This document shows, piece by piece, positions 62,450 to 64,000 of a stretch of 64,000 nucleotides of DNA. A program made the translations under genes and the position numbers. The notes beneath the pieces were generated by a model that was not told where the DNA came from, made no database searches, and saw only the letters and a list, made by a program, of their open reading frames with translations. This DNA comes from an uncultured delta proteobacterium (GTDB lineage Bacteria > Desulfobacterota > Binatia > DP-6). The DNA is taken from positions 1,152,001 to 1,216,000 of the forward strand of contig CAWFFN010000005.1 of assembly GCA_963815115.1 (NCBI GenBank), written 5' to 3'. Each line of letters begins with the position of its first letter. Position 1 is the first letter of the stretch.

Positions 62450-62600
62450 CGGAAATCCGCCAGATCCCGGCTCCCTCGTCTCCACCCCCAGTAGTCGACG
62501 AGCCGCCACGGCGACGTGGTCGTCACGCGGCCGGCGGCGTTCTTGTGCCAGCTGCCCATGCCGGGGTGGGACCAAAGCGCTGGATGACTGCCAAGCACCT
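62450..62600 (-). pseudogene. Baeyer-Villiger (flavin) monooxygenase C-terminal fragment
   Basis: WSHPGM.SW.KNA.GRV....PWRLVDYW....DLADF. Confidence 0.6.
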
Positions 62601-62855
62601 CATGCTCCGGAACCGCAGCCCAGCCGAGTAGTCCACGAGGGCGGGACCTAGCCTGGTGAAGGCGGGGGGGTCAGATGGTGTTCCGATTCCCGAGAAAGGG
62701 CTGCTGCCCCCTGGCCGTTTTCCGGGGTGTCAATGGACGAACGGGGCCGGCTCGCGATTTGCACCGGCTAGCCGCCAAAGGGTGCGACGCGTCCGATGTC
62801 CGCCATTGCTGCGATGAATGCCGTCGGAAACGGATCTCAGGGGGGGCACGCTGGT

Positions 62856-63704
62856 ATGAGCGCCCTCGTCGAGGACGGCTCGCGCATCAGCCCGACCGCG
62901 CACTACACCGCGGACGTCTGGGTGCGCTCGGGTCTCTCGGATCCTGCTCTCTCCACCCGGCTCGGCGCGGTGCTCCATGCCGCGCTGGCACCGCTGAACC
63001 AGACCTACGGCCGCCTCTCGGGGCGGCCGAACCTCGACGCGATGCTCGTGGCGCGTCATCGCGCGCTCGACCGTCTCCTCGAGCGCGAGATCGCGGCGGG
63101 ACGCGTCGGGCAGGTGATCGAGATCGCGGCCGGGCTCGCGGGTCGTGGCTACCGTTTCGCGAGACGCTTCCCCGCCTTGCGCTACATCGAGACCGACCTG
63201 GCCGGCATGGCGGCGTACAAGCGCCGCGCGCTCGACGAGGCCGGGTTGCGCGGACCGAATCACGAGGTGCGGCCGCTCGACGCGCTCGCGGGCGACGGGC
63301 CGGCGAGCCTCGGAGCCGTCGCGGCCGAGCTCGTGGCGTCGCGCGGGCTCGCGATCATCACCGAAGGTCTTCTCAGCTACCTCGCCCGCGACGCCGTCCT
63401 GACGCTCTGGCGACGCGTCGCCGCGACGATCCGCGGCTTCGCGCACGGCTTCTACCTCTCCGACCTCCATCTTGCCTCCGACGTCGACGGGATGTGGATC
63501 CCCGAGCTGTTTCGCGTGGGGCTCGAGCTCTTCGCCCGCGGGCCGGTACGCTATCACTTCGCCTCGGCCGACGAGACGATGGCGGAGCTCCGCGCCGCGG
63601 GTTTCCGCGACGCACGTCTCTACTATCCGTCCGAGGTCGTGCCTCCCGATCGACCCGGCCGCGAGCCGGCGCACGTTATTCGCGTGCTGGCAGCGACGAC
63701 TTAA
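62856..63704 (+). CDS. Class I SAM-dependent methyltransferase (LCM-like)
   Basis: ISPTAHYT, ARH..LD, QVIEIAAGL, ETDL and ITEGLLSY motifs. Confidence 0.85.
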   Translation: MSALVEDGSRISPTAHYTADVWVRSGLSDPALSTRLGAVLHAALAPLNQTYGRLSGRPNLDAMLVARHRALDRLLEREIAAGRVGQVIEIAAGLAGRGYRFARRFPALRYIETDLAGMAAYKRRALDEAGLRGPNHEVRPLDALAGDGPASLGAVAAELVASRGLAIITEGLLSYLARDAVLTLWRRVAATIRGFAHGFYLSDLHLASDVDGMWIPELFRVGLELFARGPVRYHFASADETMAELRAAGFRDARLYYPSEVVPPDRPGREPAHVIRVLAATT

Positions 63705-63754
63705 AGGAGGACGAGACATCCCGCCCGCCTTGCCCCGTACTCTCCAGATAACGC

Positions 63755-63965
63755 GTGACCCCAACTTCGAGAACGGATCGTGCACCAACGCGATCGCGTC
63801 GTGCGCCGACATCGCAACCTGCCTCGCTGCGTCGGCGAGTCCGCGGTGGACCAGGCGATCACGCTCTCCTACGCGATGGTCGAACCAGGATCAGTTCGGC
63901 ATGAAATCGACTCTGAACAAGTGCCAGGGCGCGATCGGCAAGGAGACGACGAAGTTTCTGCAGCG
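63755..63965 (+). pseudogene. Fragment of Cys-rich secreted-protein domain
   Basis: PNFENGSC..AI.SC.DI.TCL / C..E.AVDQ / NKCQGAIGKETTKF, out of frame with each other. Confidence 0.35.
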
Positions 63966-64000
63966 AGCGATCTCGACCATGAGGCCGCGGCGTTGCCGAC

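Noticed and set aside
54000-64000. attR for the tRNA-Ala element
   Set aside because: No copy of the tRNA-Ala 3' end was found by eye, so the island boundary was not called.

Overview
High-GC bacterial chromosome segment. The gene order resembles Deltaproteobacteria and is possibly Ca. Binatia-like (inference). A conserved core (about 16.4-50.6 kb) contains secG-tpiA-pgk-gap, tolQRAB-pal-cpoB-ribF-rluD, rho, rpsB-tsf-pyrH-frr-uppS-cdsA-rseP-tsaB, ilvN-ilvC-psd-pssA, leu attenuator-leuA-leuB-asd-like-truA, prsW, a radical SAM gene, rarA, nadK-recN and an M23 peptidase. Two tRNA genes bracket the core and both act as integration hotspots. The most unusual feature lies downstream of tRNA-Leu(GAG). 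It is a tandem array of integrase-less mini-cassettes of under 1 kb, each carrying one toxin-antitoxin pair. Each is closed by a conserved ~115-bp module made of a copy of the tRNA 3' end, three 10-bp-phased TGACG repeats and a hairpin. The cassettes decay progressively with distance from the tRNA. Downstream of tRNA-Ala(GGC) lies an xis-RHH-integrase module split by an IS4 element with a 10-bp TSD. Beyond it is a region of IS110, IS630, IS256 and enzyme fragments mixed with intact lipid/redox genes, including a candidate IS110 bridge/seek RNA. Other notable signals are four housekeeping genes that appear to need CUG starts, a Leu-rich attenuator peptide, an Asd paralogue lacking its catalytic residues, a REP-like repeat family, and clusters of small secreted proteins. 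All calls come from reading the sequence by eye; no searches were run.
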